Part shown: positions 41,158 to 53,900 of the stretch, piece by piece
Position numbering within the stretch: position 1 is the stretch's first letter
Layout of the letters: every line of letters starts with the position of its first letter
NCBI GenBank assembly: GCA_002269645.1
Contig: NIVC01001009.1
Coordinates: 87,951 to 151,950 of the forward strand
DNA length: 64,000 nucleotides
Direction of reading: 5' to 3'
From: Macrostomum lignano
Taxonomy: Eukaryota
Program-made: the position numbers and the translations under genes
Notes under the pieces: generated by a model
Database searches by the model: none
Told to the model about the DNA's origin: nothing
What the model saw: only the letters and a program-made list of their open reading frames with translations

Positions 41158-41719
41158 AATCAATGGCCTTGTTCAATTTCTACAACACAGTGGAAGCAAG
41201 AAATATAGGACCACATTTTTATGCAAGGAGAAAAAATGTGTCACTTTTATATGACAGTATCCACTGTGTCATATATGCTGATATATGCTGAAAACTGGCA
41301 AATACCATTGTTGTATCGTGGGAAATCCTAGCATACATGTTGCTTTCCAAACTATATAGTTAATGTAAAAATCTAAAATATATAACTTTACAAGCTGTTA
41401 AAACCCGTGGATTTTGAACCTAGGGAATTCCAATTCCCGGAAATATTTGTGCATGTGCTCTGAGATCTGAGGCCATACTCAAACAAAAGCTTGTTAATAG
41501 TTAGTAGGATAGAGTAAACATAAAATGGAGTACATTTGTGTAAAATTAGGATTTGAGGCAAACAATTGATATTGTTGGCTGGGGTACATGCTGCGCAGAA
41601 TATCGGGCAATGTCTGTCTAACTCTAAAACATGTATTGGCAAACTCTGGCCTCTGCCTCTAACTCTCCCTACATACCTTGGATCGATTGGAGCAACTTGT
41701 ATCTTTTCTTCTGTTTCCT

Positions 41720-41971
41720 TTCTTCTCTCTCGTCCCTCGTCTCTCCTTTCTTCTCTTTCTCCTCTCCTCTCTCCCCCTTTTCTCTCGTCTCTTCCTTCTC
41801 CTCTCTACTCTTTCCTCTCTCTCTTTCCTCTCATCTCTTCTTGTTTTATCTCTCCTCTCTCCCCTCGTCTCTCGTCTCTTCCCTCACCTCTCTTCTCTTG
41901 TCTGCTCTCTCATCTTTCCATTCTCTTCTTTTATCTTTTCTCTCTGCTCTGCTCTGCTCTGCTCTGCTCTG

Positions 41972-42031
<60 letters not shown>

Positions 42032-43045
42032 TTTCTCTCTCTTTTATCTCTCCTCTCCCATCTCTCTTCTCCTCTCTACTCTCTCCCCTCTTCATTCTCC
42101 TCTTTCCTCTTCTCTCTCCTCACTCACTTCTCTCTCCCTGTCTCTCCTCTCTCCTCTAGTCTCTGTAATCTCTTCTCTCTTCTCTCTTATCTCTCCTCTG
42201 TTCTCTCTACTCTCCCATCTCTCGTCTGTTCACCCTCATCTCTGCTCTCTCATCTTTCATCTTTACTCTCTTATACGTTCTCTCACTTATCTCCTCTGTA
42301 CTCTTCTCTTTCATCTCTTCTGACTCCTCTCTTTCCTTTCTCCTTTCTCCTCTCCTCTTCTCTTCTCTTCTTTCTTCCTCTCTCCCTCTCTTGTCTTCTC
42401 TCTTCTCTCTCCACTCTCTCCTCCTTTATCTCTCTTATCTCACTTCTCATCTCTCCTTCGTCTGTTCACTCTCATCTTTGCTCTCTCATCCCCCTCGCTC
42501 TTCTGTCATCTTTACTCTCCTCTTTCCTATGTACTCTTCTCTTTCCCCTCTTCTGACTCCTCTCTTTCCTTACTCCTCTCTTCTTTTCTCTTCCCTCTTC
42601 TATACTCTCTCTCCTCTATTATCTTCTCTCGTCTCTCTGCACTCTCCTCTCACCTTTTCAATCTCTCATCTTTACTCTCTCATCTCTCCTTTCATCTGTC
42701 TCATATCTACAATCTCATCTCCTCCTCTTCCCTTTACTCTCTCATCTCTCCTTTCTCCCTTCTTCTTTCACCACTCTCTTATCTCTATCTCTTCTCTTCT
42801 CACTCCTCTGTCATCTTCTTTCTGCTCTCTCGTCTCTACTCTCTTCTCAATCTTCTCTACTCTCCTCTCTCATCAATCCTCTGTCTCATCTCTCCCCTCT
42901 TCTCACCTTTACTCTTTCCTCTCCCTCCTTTCTCCTCTCCTCTTGCTTCTTCCTCCCTTCTTCTCTGCTCTCTCCTCACCACTTGTCTCTCCTCTTATCT
43001 TCCATGTTTTCTCTTACCCCTCTCTCGCCTCTCCTCTCTTCTAAT
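41720..43045. repeat. 1.3-kb polypyrimidine/polypurine low-complexity tract with a (CT)n core
   Basis: Almost all C/T on the plus strand; explains the Leu/Ser/Phe/Pro ORFs. Confidence 0.95.
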
Positions 43046-44954
43046 AGTCTATTTTTTCTCCTTTCCACTCTATCTGGCCCGCACATAAGCTGGATTCTTT
43101 ATCTGGCTTTTGAAGTAAAAGTCTGCCAATCCCTGCTTTGAAAGCCAGTTTGTGGGACGTACTACTCTCATCGTTGTTCTCATGCTTTGATCATGTCACC
43201 TTCTTGCCAATTTTTTACAGTCCTGAAAGGAATTTGTGTATCTTCAGCTCCACTGCAGTCTGCATCAGTCTAACAACCAAGGAAATACGCATTTCTTAGG
43301 AGGCCATTTAAATTTGAAAGTACCTTTAAGAGAAACCTTAAATTTCCAGGGTGTGTCTAATTTAGTAGGGTTGAATCGCATTGCATCGCCTTTTCATAAA
43401 TTTTCGCTTTTACAAACCATGCTGGATTACCTTGATTTGCCATTGCCAATTGCCATCCACTGTTAAACTGCTGCAAAGTTTGCCAATATAGAGGACAGTG
43501 CTACTCACTAAACTGTTATGGATGGCTAAACGTAGCTCTCCACGGGGGTGCAGAGAAAGCCATAAACAAAGCTACTCCAAAACAGTGTACATTGCCATGT
43601 ACATTCAGCCCTATCACCTGACCCTTGGTCTGGCTCTGGGGGAATGAGTGAGTGAGTGGCACAAACAACAGAAAAAGCAGACAAACTTCTCATGCTTACA
43701 GTTTCTGTTCTAATTGGGTTACAGAGTTGAAACTTTACATTTTGACAGAGAATGAATCAATGAAGAATTGTGTCAAGTTTGATGTCAATCGCTTTATGTG
43801 GAGCAAACTTATGGCAGCTGAAAGTTAGTCAATTTTGAAACCCCTTATGGCTTTTACACATCTGGGCCCAGATCGGGAAAGAGAGACAGGCGGGCGGATG
43901 TTGGGATGGCTGCCTCGCTGAAAAAACAGCCTAACTTTAAAAGTGCACAGCGCCATTCAGGATTAACTTTCAGACTCAAAATTTTTACATGATTGTGCCA
44001 AAATAGTTGAAGACTGTCTGTGTCAAATTTGAAGGGAATCTGTAAAATGGAGCGGCGCTATGGAGGATTTAGTGAAAAAATTGCACATTTTGAGCAATTT
44101 TTTGCACTTTTAGGTAGGAAGAGTCAAATTTAGGAAATTTTAAGGTAGCCTAAGACATTATCCGTAGTAAGTTTAGGGTGGGTGTAAAGTTTAGTGTAAT
44201 TTGGTTGAGCGGTTTGGGAGTCCATAGTGATCAAAATTGTCCAGACAGACACACAGAGTTTTGATTTTTATATTTAGAAAAATTTGCAGTTTTCCCATAT
44301 AAGTTTCGACGCTGACTTGGCAGTATTGTAGGAGTTTACTTGCAATATACATACATACACACAAACAATGTGTCAGTTTTAGTATATTGAGAGATATAGT
44401 GACTCCCAAATTTGAATATAAAAATATAAGTTCTAGGCTAGACAGAGGCCTAACTTTAGTTTAATTTATAATTGAAAATCATGTCTTATATAGTGTAGTC
44501 TTTCTAAGTTCAAATTATACAAATTTCTATTCAAGTTCTTAATTGGGTAAAATAGTTCTCGTGGTTCATAAAGATAAAACTATATAATTTCTAGAAGCCA
44601 CGTGCAGAGGTATAAAAAGGCCATTGACTAATATAAAGCAACCTGAATATTCAAGTTTTAACTATAGTGCTAGGGCCTATAGTTCTATTGCATATACTTC
44701 TAGTACTTCATTTCAATAAAGGCTTCAAAAATGGTGAGATCATTTTGTTTTACCTAATAATATGGATCACAAAAATCACAAATTAAAGAGAAAAAAAATA
44801 GTAAATAATTTTTTTTGTGCATATTCTATTCATTAATCATTATACTTATTATAGCTTAATATTTTGTTTTACCTTTTTATTCAATTATAGGCCTACTAAA
44901 AAGCTAGGCTGCTATATTTTGCTTCTATTTTGTTATTTTTTTTTTTAATTCCAG

Positions 44955-47900
44955 AGCTGTTTTAATAATAAAGTTATCCAAATGGCAAGACATAAATATA
45001 AAGCATCCACTAAGTTGGTTAAAAAGAAGAAGACGAGCAAGTATATTTTGCCTTCTCTGAAGAGAAGTGTTCACCCAAAAAGGACAGGCAATGGGAGTTT
45101 GATATCAAAGAATAGTATTCCTGGCAATATTGGTCAAAATAAAGTTTATTCTATAATGTCTAAGAGCTTCCTTCTTACCCATGATCATATTTTAATGTAA
45201 GTAAATTAATTCATTTACATGTGAACTTGGTTTTTAGTGTTTGATGAAATCCTGGGTTCAAAGTCATTTTGTGTCATGGCAAACTGTTGCAAAAACGAGC
45301 ATATGAAAATGATTAATAATGAGAATCTGTTTTAAACTTTCTAATCTCACTAAACACCATGCAGTCCATCCTATAGATCTGTTGATGATTCAATTTAGCT
45401 TCCACACTTATCTTTACTGATACCTTCAATCTATGGATCTGTTGATGACTCGTTTTAGTTTTTCTCTCTAATGCAGTCACTGTCCAATCTATAGATCTGT
45501 TTGATCTTGCCTCCCACTCTTATCTCTTTAGACCTAAGCTATAGGTCTGTCGACCACCCCTTTTTATTCAAAAGACAAAAACGTGAGCATGTCACTAAAT
45601 GCCTGCTATTACCCACTTATATTTCACAGCATCCAGGGTGAGCACACGTTGCAGCAGCTGTCAGTTTCGCTAAAGAAACGAGGTTGTCCAGTATCTGACA
45701 GGGCCAGCTTGATTGAGGCCCTAGCTAGTCACCTGGGCAAGGCTTTGGAGTCGCGAGCTACTCAAATTCAGCCAGCTCAGACTAGCGCTTTTAGTGTGAG
45801 TGCTTGCTCATTAATATTTGAAATAGTATTTAGAGTATGTGTTAAGACTCTTCTAGAATCCTTATATGCTCTTTTATTATTGCAGCACTGTATTGTACTT
45901 GGAATCAACCTTAACCCACTGACCTACTTCGCCGCGGTTGACAAGGGACCCAAGTTTGGCGCACCAGAGGTACACAGTTTATTTCTTAATTTTTATGCAT
46001 TTTAAAATTTGGATTTTAAAAAAGCGATAATCAATCAGTTTCCTATTGAACAGACTCATACTTACTATCTAATGCTCTTTCTTTTCAAATACTCACCAAC
46101 CGATACGAGTCTCAATAACTCAGCATCTGATCTAGTTCTTAATAAGTAACACCTCATCTACAGAGCTCATCAACCGGTCTCAGTCTCAACTGCATCCTCA
46201 TCAACCAGTATCAGTTTCAACCGCATCCTCATCAACCAGTATCAGTTTCAACCGCATCCTCATCAACCGGTCTCAGTCTCAACCGCATCCAGCCTCATCA
46301 ACCGGTCTCAGTCTCAACTGCATCCTTATCTACCAGTCTCAGTCTCAACCGCATCCCTATCAACCAGTCTCAGTCTCAACCTCATCTACCAATCTCAGTC
46401 TCAACATCATCAACCAGTCTCAGTTTCAACCTCATCCTCATGAACCGGTCTCGACCACATCCTCATTCCTCATCAACTAGTCTCAGTCTCAACCTCAACC
46501 TCATCAACCAGTCTCAGTCTCAACCCCATCCTCATCAACCAGTCTCAGTCTCAACCTCATCCTCATGAACCGGTCTCAACCGCAGCCTCGTCAATCAGTC
46601 TCAACCGCATCCTCATTCCTCATCAACCAGTCTCAGTCTCAACCTCATCCTCATGAACCGGTCTCAACCACATCCTCATTCCTCATCAACCAGTCTCAAC
46701 CTCATCCTCATGAACCGGTCTCAACCACATCCTCATTCCTCATCAACTAGTCTCAGTCTCAACCCCATCCTCATCAACCAGTCTCAGTCTCAACCTCATC
46801 CTCATGAACCGGTCTCAACCGCAGCCTCGTCAATCGGTCTCAACCGCATCCTCATTCCTCATCAACCAGTCTCAGTCTCAACCTCATCCTCATGAACCGG
46901 TCTCAACCACATCCTCATTCCTCATCAACCAGTCTCAACCTCATCCTCATGAACCGGTCTCAACCACATCCTCATTCCTCATCAACTAGTCTCAGTCTCA
47001 ACCCCATCCTCATCAACCAGTCTCAGTCTCAACCTCATCCTCATGAACCGGTCTCAACCGCAGCCTCGTCAATCGGTCTCAACCGCATCCTCATTCCTCA
47101 TCAACCAGTCTCAGTCTCAACCTCATCCTCATGAACCGGTCTCAACCACTTCCTCATTCCTCATCAACCAGTCTCAGTCTCAAACTCATCCTCATAAACC
47201 GGTCTCAACCGCAGCCTCGTCAATCGGTCTCAACCGCGTCCTCATTCCTCATCAACCAGTCTCAGTCTCAACCGCGTCCTCATTCCTCATCAACCAGTCT
47301 CAGTCTCAACCGCGTCCTCATTCCTCATCAACCAGTCTCAGTCTCAACCGCGTCCTCATTCCTCATCAACCAGTCTCAGTCTCAACCGCATCCTCATTCC
47401 TCATCAACCAGTCTCAGTCTTAACCTCATCCTCAATCCTCATAAACCGGTCTCAACCGCATCCTCATCAACCGGTAACGCGCTAAAACGGGCTCTCTCAT
47501 CCAGGCCGCTGAGTTCCGCCAATTCTGGTCGGGAAAATCCGAGCTTCGGCACGCCGGGGGGGAAGTCCGGGAGACGTTGGTGTGGCGTGGCAGCCACGTT
47601 ACCCAGCGAGTCATCGACTGGGTGCTGCGCAAGCAGCTGGGCTGCCGGCCCGGCCAGTACCGCCAGCTTCACTGCCAGCTGCGGCCACTGCTGCAGCCGG
47701 CAAAACGCCATCACTCTGTGTGGTCGTCGGCTATATCTGACCTGAACGCATCACTGGCTGAGCTGTCTAGTCGCCTTACTGCCATCGGCTCGTCTGCTAT
47801 GCCGCTCAGCGTCAACGGCCTGCTAGCTGTGGCTCCGGCTTTCCGAGGCGCCTGTTTACTGCCGCCAGGATGGGGCGGGCGCGCCAAGCAAAACCAGCTA

Positions 47901-50900
47901 GTGCACGAGTGCCACCTGCAGTTGGAGGCCAGCGGCAAGTGGCCCACGCTGCTTGGACCATTCCGGGCGATGAAAACGCTGTTTTGTTTGCGCTTAGCTC
48001 AGGTGAGAAATCTGTTCGATTCTGATTAATTATTCGATAAATCTAGAGCAAGACAATAGACAAGATAGGCGATTCGTGCAAAATTTGAATTTGCATTTGT
48101 GCTACATGTAGCGCTTGTACTGGGTGCATGTTCAGTAGATGAAAGAATAATCCGTGCAAATACGAGATACATAATTAAACCGTAGATGGGCGACTTATTT
48201 TAATCTTTGCGGCTGCCGTCTACTTAAAGGCATTCAGTAGTATAGTTTGTGCATATAAAGAAATATATTGCATAGTTGAGCAGAATGCGGGTTTTCATTG
48301 CTACCCCGCTTTAATCTACGGTCGAAACAACAAATCTGAAGTTTCGTCACAAAATCGATGAGCGATCCTTTCTATTCCTTCATCCATGGAACAGACTAAA
48401 AAGATCTTTTCTTTGCCCCGCGTAGCGAGAGACCTATCTTAAAAGTACAGTACAAAAGTACAGTTTAAAATACACTTAAAACGCCTCGGTATTACCAGAG
48501 ACAGAGACTAAAGTGGCAAGAAGTAATTATTTTGAACGCGGGCAGGAATCTGTTCCGTGCCATGGATGAAGGAAAAGAAAGGATCGCTCATCTGAAAGCG
48601 AGTCTATGGCCAAAACCTACTAAAAATTGGGATATCCCCCCCATGAATTTCATTGGCTGCTGGAATTTAATAATAGCCCCCCCCCTAATTTCTTACTGGC
48701 TGAAGCTTGTACGAGGGGGAAATTCCAAAGTCACGATTAGCATGCATACTAGGCTGTAGTATTGGCTTTGTCAGCCTAACTGAGAATAAAGCCATCCAAA
48801 GTGAGAATCCTGCCTACGCTGACTGCGAAGGGCCTGGCTGCGTGCAGCCTTAGTCTATGGGCCATAGACAATAAAGGACAAGCAAAGTGATAAAAAGCCA
48901 TCCAATGTGAGAATCGATTGGTCTATGCGTCGTATTCTTTTATTTTTATACCTTCTGAGCCATATGACTAGCCAATAGCTTGAACGGAATAACGGAAACA
49001 GGAACACACTGGATGATACGAGCTACAGTACAGTAAAGTAAAGAGTTAAAATAGCCGTCCCTCAATGCACTGCCCAAAGAGTCGTCTTCAATGCAGGTCC
49101 CACGCGGCAGCCTTCCCAGCAGTGACTGTGTCGTCAATCGCTTCGCGCGCCTCCCTCTCTAACAGCATGTTCCTGTTTCCGTTATTCCGTTCAAGCTATT
49201 GGCTAGTCATATGGCTCAGAAGGTATAAAAATAAAAGAATACGACGCATAGACCAATCGATTCTCACATTGGATGGCTTTTTATCACTTTGCTTGTCCTT
49301 TATAGTCTATGGCCCATAGACTAAGGCTGCACGCAGCCAGGCCCTTCGCAGTCAGCGTAGGCAGGATTCTCACTTTGGATGGCTTTATTCTCAGTTAGGC
49401 TGACAAAAGCAATACAATAAACATAGATAACTTTTTTTCTTGTTTTAAACGCTAATTTCTTTCCCCTAAGCCGTCATGGCCCAGAGGAAGAAGGCGGTTA
49501 TAGATTTCTAGCCAACGTACATGCAACAAGTAGCTTTTTTGTTCTGTGATAAGTTATTTTCGTCTAAAGCTGAATCAAGCCAGCAGCTCTCTATTTGACT
49601 ATCGAGCATAAAGACTAGTCCAAAGTTTACGCCAACGCGAAATACTGTGCTGTGCGACAAACATTTTTCTCCAGACTCAAACTCGTTGTTATCTCAAGGG
49701 TCTTTCGCCAATGGAAAGAGAAAAAACCTAGCTAACCCTGGCGCAATACCAATGCAATACCCAGCTACGCTGCAGCTTCTTTGTTATATGCAAGTTAGTC
49801 AGAAAAAATAGCGAAAAAATAGACTATTTTTTAAACAAACATTTCTTCATAACTATTTCCAACTTTGCCACATAAAAAGTATCGGCTTCTTTCTTTTAAT
49901 TTTAGCATAGAGGATCAGCAAATAAAGCTTTCCCATTCGAATATGGTTCTAAATAAGCTACGAAAAGTAACTTGACATTTTTACTTTTCACTGACTAACT
50001 TGCCCCCCATTTCTTCAAAGTTCAATCGCTTTATGCTTAGTTGTCTTGTTTCTTAACTTTTGCAACAATTTGTTATTTGTTTCAATCACTGCCTCCTTCA
50101 ATTCTCTCTACATAATCAGTCAAGTACAAAAAATACAAACTGCCGGTCTATCAAGTGGCAAAATTTGTTTACCAGGCAAAAGAGCGCAAATGTCATGTCA
50201 GGCCATGTTACTTGTATGTCTTTAAAATAATAAATAGTGCATTCTTTTCCTATGCGCATTAATCCGTGACTTTGGAATTTCCCCTTGTACAAGCTTCAGT
50301 CAGTAAGAACTTAGGGGGGGACTATTATTAAATTCCATCAGCCAATAAAATTCATGGGGGGGAATATCCCAATTTTAAGGAAGTCTTGGCCATATACTCG
50401 CTTTCAGATGAGCGATCCTTTCTATTCCTTCATCCATGTTCCGTGCCCACTAGTTTCGTCTATGGTTAGTGCCTTGTGGCGACCTCAAAATGATGAGACA
50501 AAGGATTTTCAGACAGTAATGAGACTCAACGAGACTGGGATTTCCCTGATTCCTGCCCATAGACAGAACTATTAGTTCACGTGTACAAATTGCATGAGTC
50601 TTAAAGCTTCCATCCTTATTGGCAGTTAATTACCATACACAGACGGTTTGCCAATCAGACAGGGTTCTGAAATCCCCAGTTTGTGAAACCCTAACTGAGT
50701 CACCCAAGGTAGTAAGCGAAACCATAGAGAATCACAATGTGACAGGCATCCCAGGGTAGTAAGCGAATTAGCGAAACCATGGAGAATCACAATGGACAGG
50801 GATCCGATCGTGCTTCCCAGTGTCCCCTGGGATTTCCTTTGCAAGAAGAACATCAACTTAGCTTTTCGTAGCAGGGTACCAGACAAATACTAAAAAATAA

Positions 50901-53900
50901 GGAAAAAATAAAAGCCACAAATCCTACCAGCACTAAAATCCACCAATGATGCTCTACCTATCACACTAATTACCCAACAACATCGCAGACCATGCGTTCT
51001 CGTCTGTCTCGAACCGAGGCCAGCGAAATTATCGCCTGCCGCTCCGGCGTCCTGGTCACCTGGCGTAGGCGGCACAGATTCTACCTGAGATTGGCCCTGC
51101 CAAAAGAGGCCGCACTAGCTAGGCAGGCAGGCCTGAGCTCTGGCCAGTCAACTGCTCAACAACAGCAGCAGCTGCTCATTCAAGCTGACTGCGCAGAGTC
51201 TCGTCAATTAGAACGCGAACTCGTGCTGCTGCCAGCTTTGGCTGGCGCACTTCGCGGCCTGACTAGCCAGCGGCCAACTCACAGTGAAACTGTCCGACTG
51301 TGCCTTCGCTGGCTGGCCGGACACATGCTGCTGAACACGGCTGTGGATGCTCTGGCTGTTGAACTGCTGTGCGCCTGGGTGGCCATCGATGCGTCACCCT
51401 GCTCGGCTATGCGAGGCTTTTTATTATTCCTGCAGCTGCTGGCCAGGCACAACTTTGCGGTGAGAATTGAAACGCTTCTTTGTAGTGTATCTGCGCACCG
51501 CGTGATCCTTGAATCAAAGCTTCATTTCATTTCATTAAGAACGTCAATGGTCTCTTTACGAGCGTATCCTCCTTAATCTGAATATATAACGAGACGCTGA
51601 TAGGTGCTGATAGATCCCAATGAATCCCGGGCTAACGAGTCCCGATCCTGAAGTTAATTAATTCCAATCCTGAGTCTAATTGGTTCCGATCCTGAAGCTA
51701 ATAAATTCCGATCCTGAAGCTAATGAATTCCGATCCTGAAGCTAATGAATTCCCGATCCTGAAGCTAATGAGTCCCGATCCTGAATCTAATTCGTCCCGA
51801 TTCTGAAGCTAATGAATTCCGATCCTGAAGCTAATGAATTCCCGATCCTGAAGCTAATGAGTCCCGATCCTGAAGCTAATGAGTCCCGATCCTGAAGCTA
51901 ATTAATTCCGATCCTAAATCTAATTGGTTCCGATCCTTAAGCTAATGAATTCCGATCCTGAAGCTACTGAGTTCCGATCCTGAAGCTACTGAGTCCCGAT
52001 CCTGAAGCTACTGAGTTCCGATCCTTAAGCTACTGAGTCCCGATCCTGAAGCTAATGAATTCCGATCCTTAAGCTACTGAGTCCCGATCCTGAAGCTACT
52101 GAGTTCCGATCCTTAAGCTACTGAGTCCCGATCCTGAAGCTAATGAATTCCGATCCTGAAGCTACTGAGTTCCGATCCTGAAGCTACTGAGTCCCGATCC
52201 TGAAGCTAATGAGTCCTGATCCTGAAGCTAATGAATTCCAATCCTGAATCTTATGAGTCCCGATTCTGAAGCTCATGAGTCCCGATTCTGAATCTAATGA
52301 ATCCCGATTCTGAATCTAATGAATCCCGATCCTGAATCTAATTCGTCCCGATCCTGAAGCTAATGGGTCCAAATCCTGAAGCTCATGAGTCCCAATCCTG
52401 AAGCTAAGGGTTCTTGGTATTCTGATTTTCCTTATTGTCCTTATTGTCTACTCATTTTATGTTTTCTTTTTATTTAAGGATACTCTTAGTGACAGTGGTG
52501 CCACCAGAAATCTGTTGAGGAGCGGATTCTGGAGGGTAAAGACCCCAAGGGGTGGAGGGGGCGGCTTTGTATTGTGGCAAAAATGCACTTGGCCCCCCCT
52601 TTGATTTTCTTCAGGTCGCCTAACGGAGGGCAACTAACAACCCCCTCCCCCCCCCCTGGGTGCACCCTTGCTTAGTGACATTTTTAATGTAAACTAAATT
52701 AAACATCAATCATAATAAATGAAGTCGCTTTTTGCAACCTACATGTAATAGCGAATGTCTGTGAAATCAACTAGCAGGGAGAAATGATCTATCAACTTAA
52801 GAGGCTTTCAAAAAGACTGAAACTCCTAGATTCTTTTTATTTAAAATCATTAGAAGACTTTGGGGTGCCTGTGAAATGGTGCTTGCGTACGGCTGTTCAG
52901 TCCAAGGACGGGGGGGTCGCCAAACCCTCAATTACCCCAGCTAATGCTGATACCTGTTTTACAGATGGGTGAACTGAAGCAATGCAGAGTTAAGTGCCTT
53001 GCTTAAGGATCCGATTGTTCAGAGAATGGGCCGATAATCGAATCCCGAGCTTTCGATCGTGAGTCCGACGCTCAAACCACTAAGCTTCAATCCCCTCAGC
53101 TAATGAGGATTTTTAAGTTCTTAGAAACCAGTAGTATTCATAGTTTGGACAATGATTTCGAATTATGATCTCAAGATCGAGAAAGCAATCAAGTACAGAT
53201 GTAAATGTACATCTGTGTACTGCGTACGTATCCGTGGATGTGCGTACATTTCTATATGCCCTTTCTATTGTACTCCAGCAGAGAGGACATAGCAGCTCAG
53301 CGGTAAACGCGTCTGAGTCTCGCGTCACGACCGCTTGTTCGACCCCCGTGCGCGCGCACATTAATTTGGGGCTTAGTGCACAAAAATTGGCCTAGGACCT
53401 CATGAGACGCTTAGAAAGTTAGGGCCGTTGTACACCCTTTGTGAGCGTATGTGTAAGTGCGTGTCTGCGGGCAGTATCCCCGCGCTTGTATGTGCTCAGG
53501 ACAATGTCGCCAAAGGCCTTGCACAAGGGCCACAACCCTTCTACAAAAGTTTATTTTTAATATATTGTTACCCAGCACTCTCAATTTTCTCTTAATTGTC
53601 CAGCAACAACCGCTGATTGTCAATCTGAACGAGTCCCTGAGCGGCGCCGATCAAGCGAGCATCGAGGCCGACTTTCGCAAGCGCCGGCGCCACCTACCAG
53701 CTATGTTCATCGCCTGCCCGCAGGACCGGACAGAGTCCATGCTCACCACCGCCCGGCCGAACACCCAACTGCTCGGCCGGCTTCAGCGGTGCGCTCGGGC
53801 CGCTCTGGCCGCCTTCGAGACCCGTCTGGCCAGTCCTAGGTCTGAGCTGCTTTCTGCGTCCTCTATGGCCGGTGCTTTTCGATCGGCGCCAGACTCTTTT

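Noticed and set aside
41388-41700. Possible missing NOL6 exon (LLKPVDFE...)
   Set aside because: In-frame stops and only weak similarity; not supportable without a search.
41566-43044. Leu/Ser/Phe-rich ORFs
   Set aside because: Products of the polypyrimidine tract.
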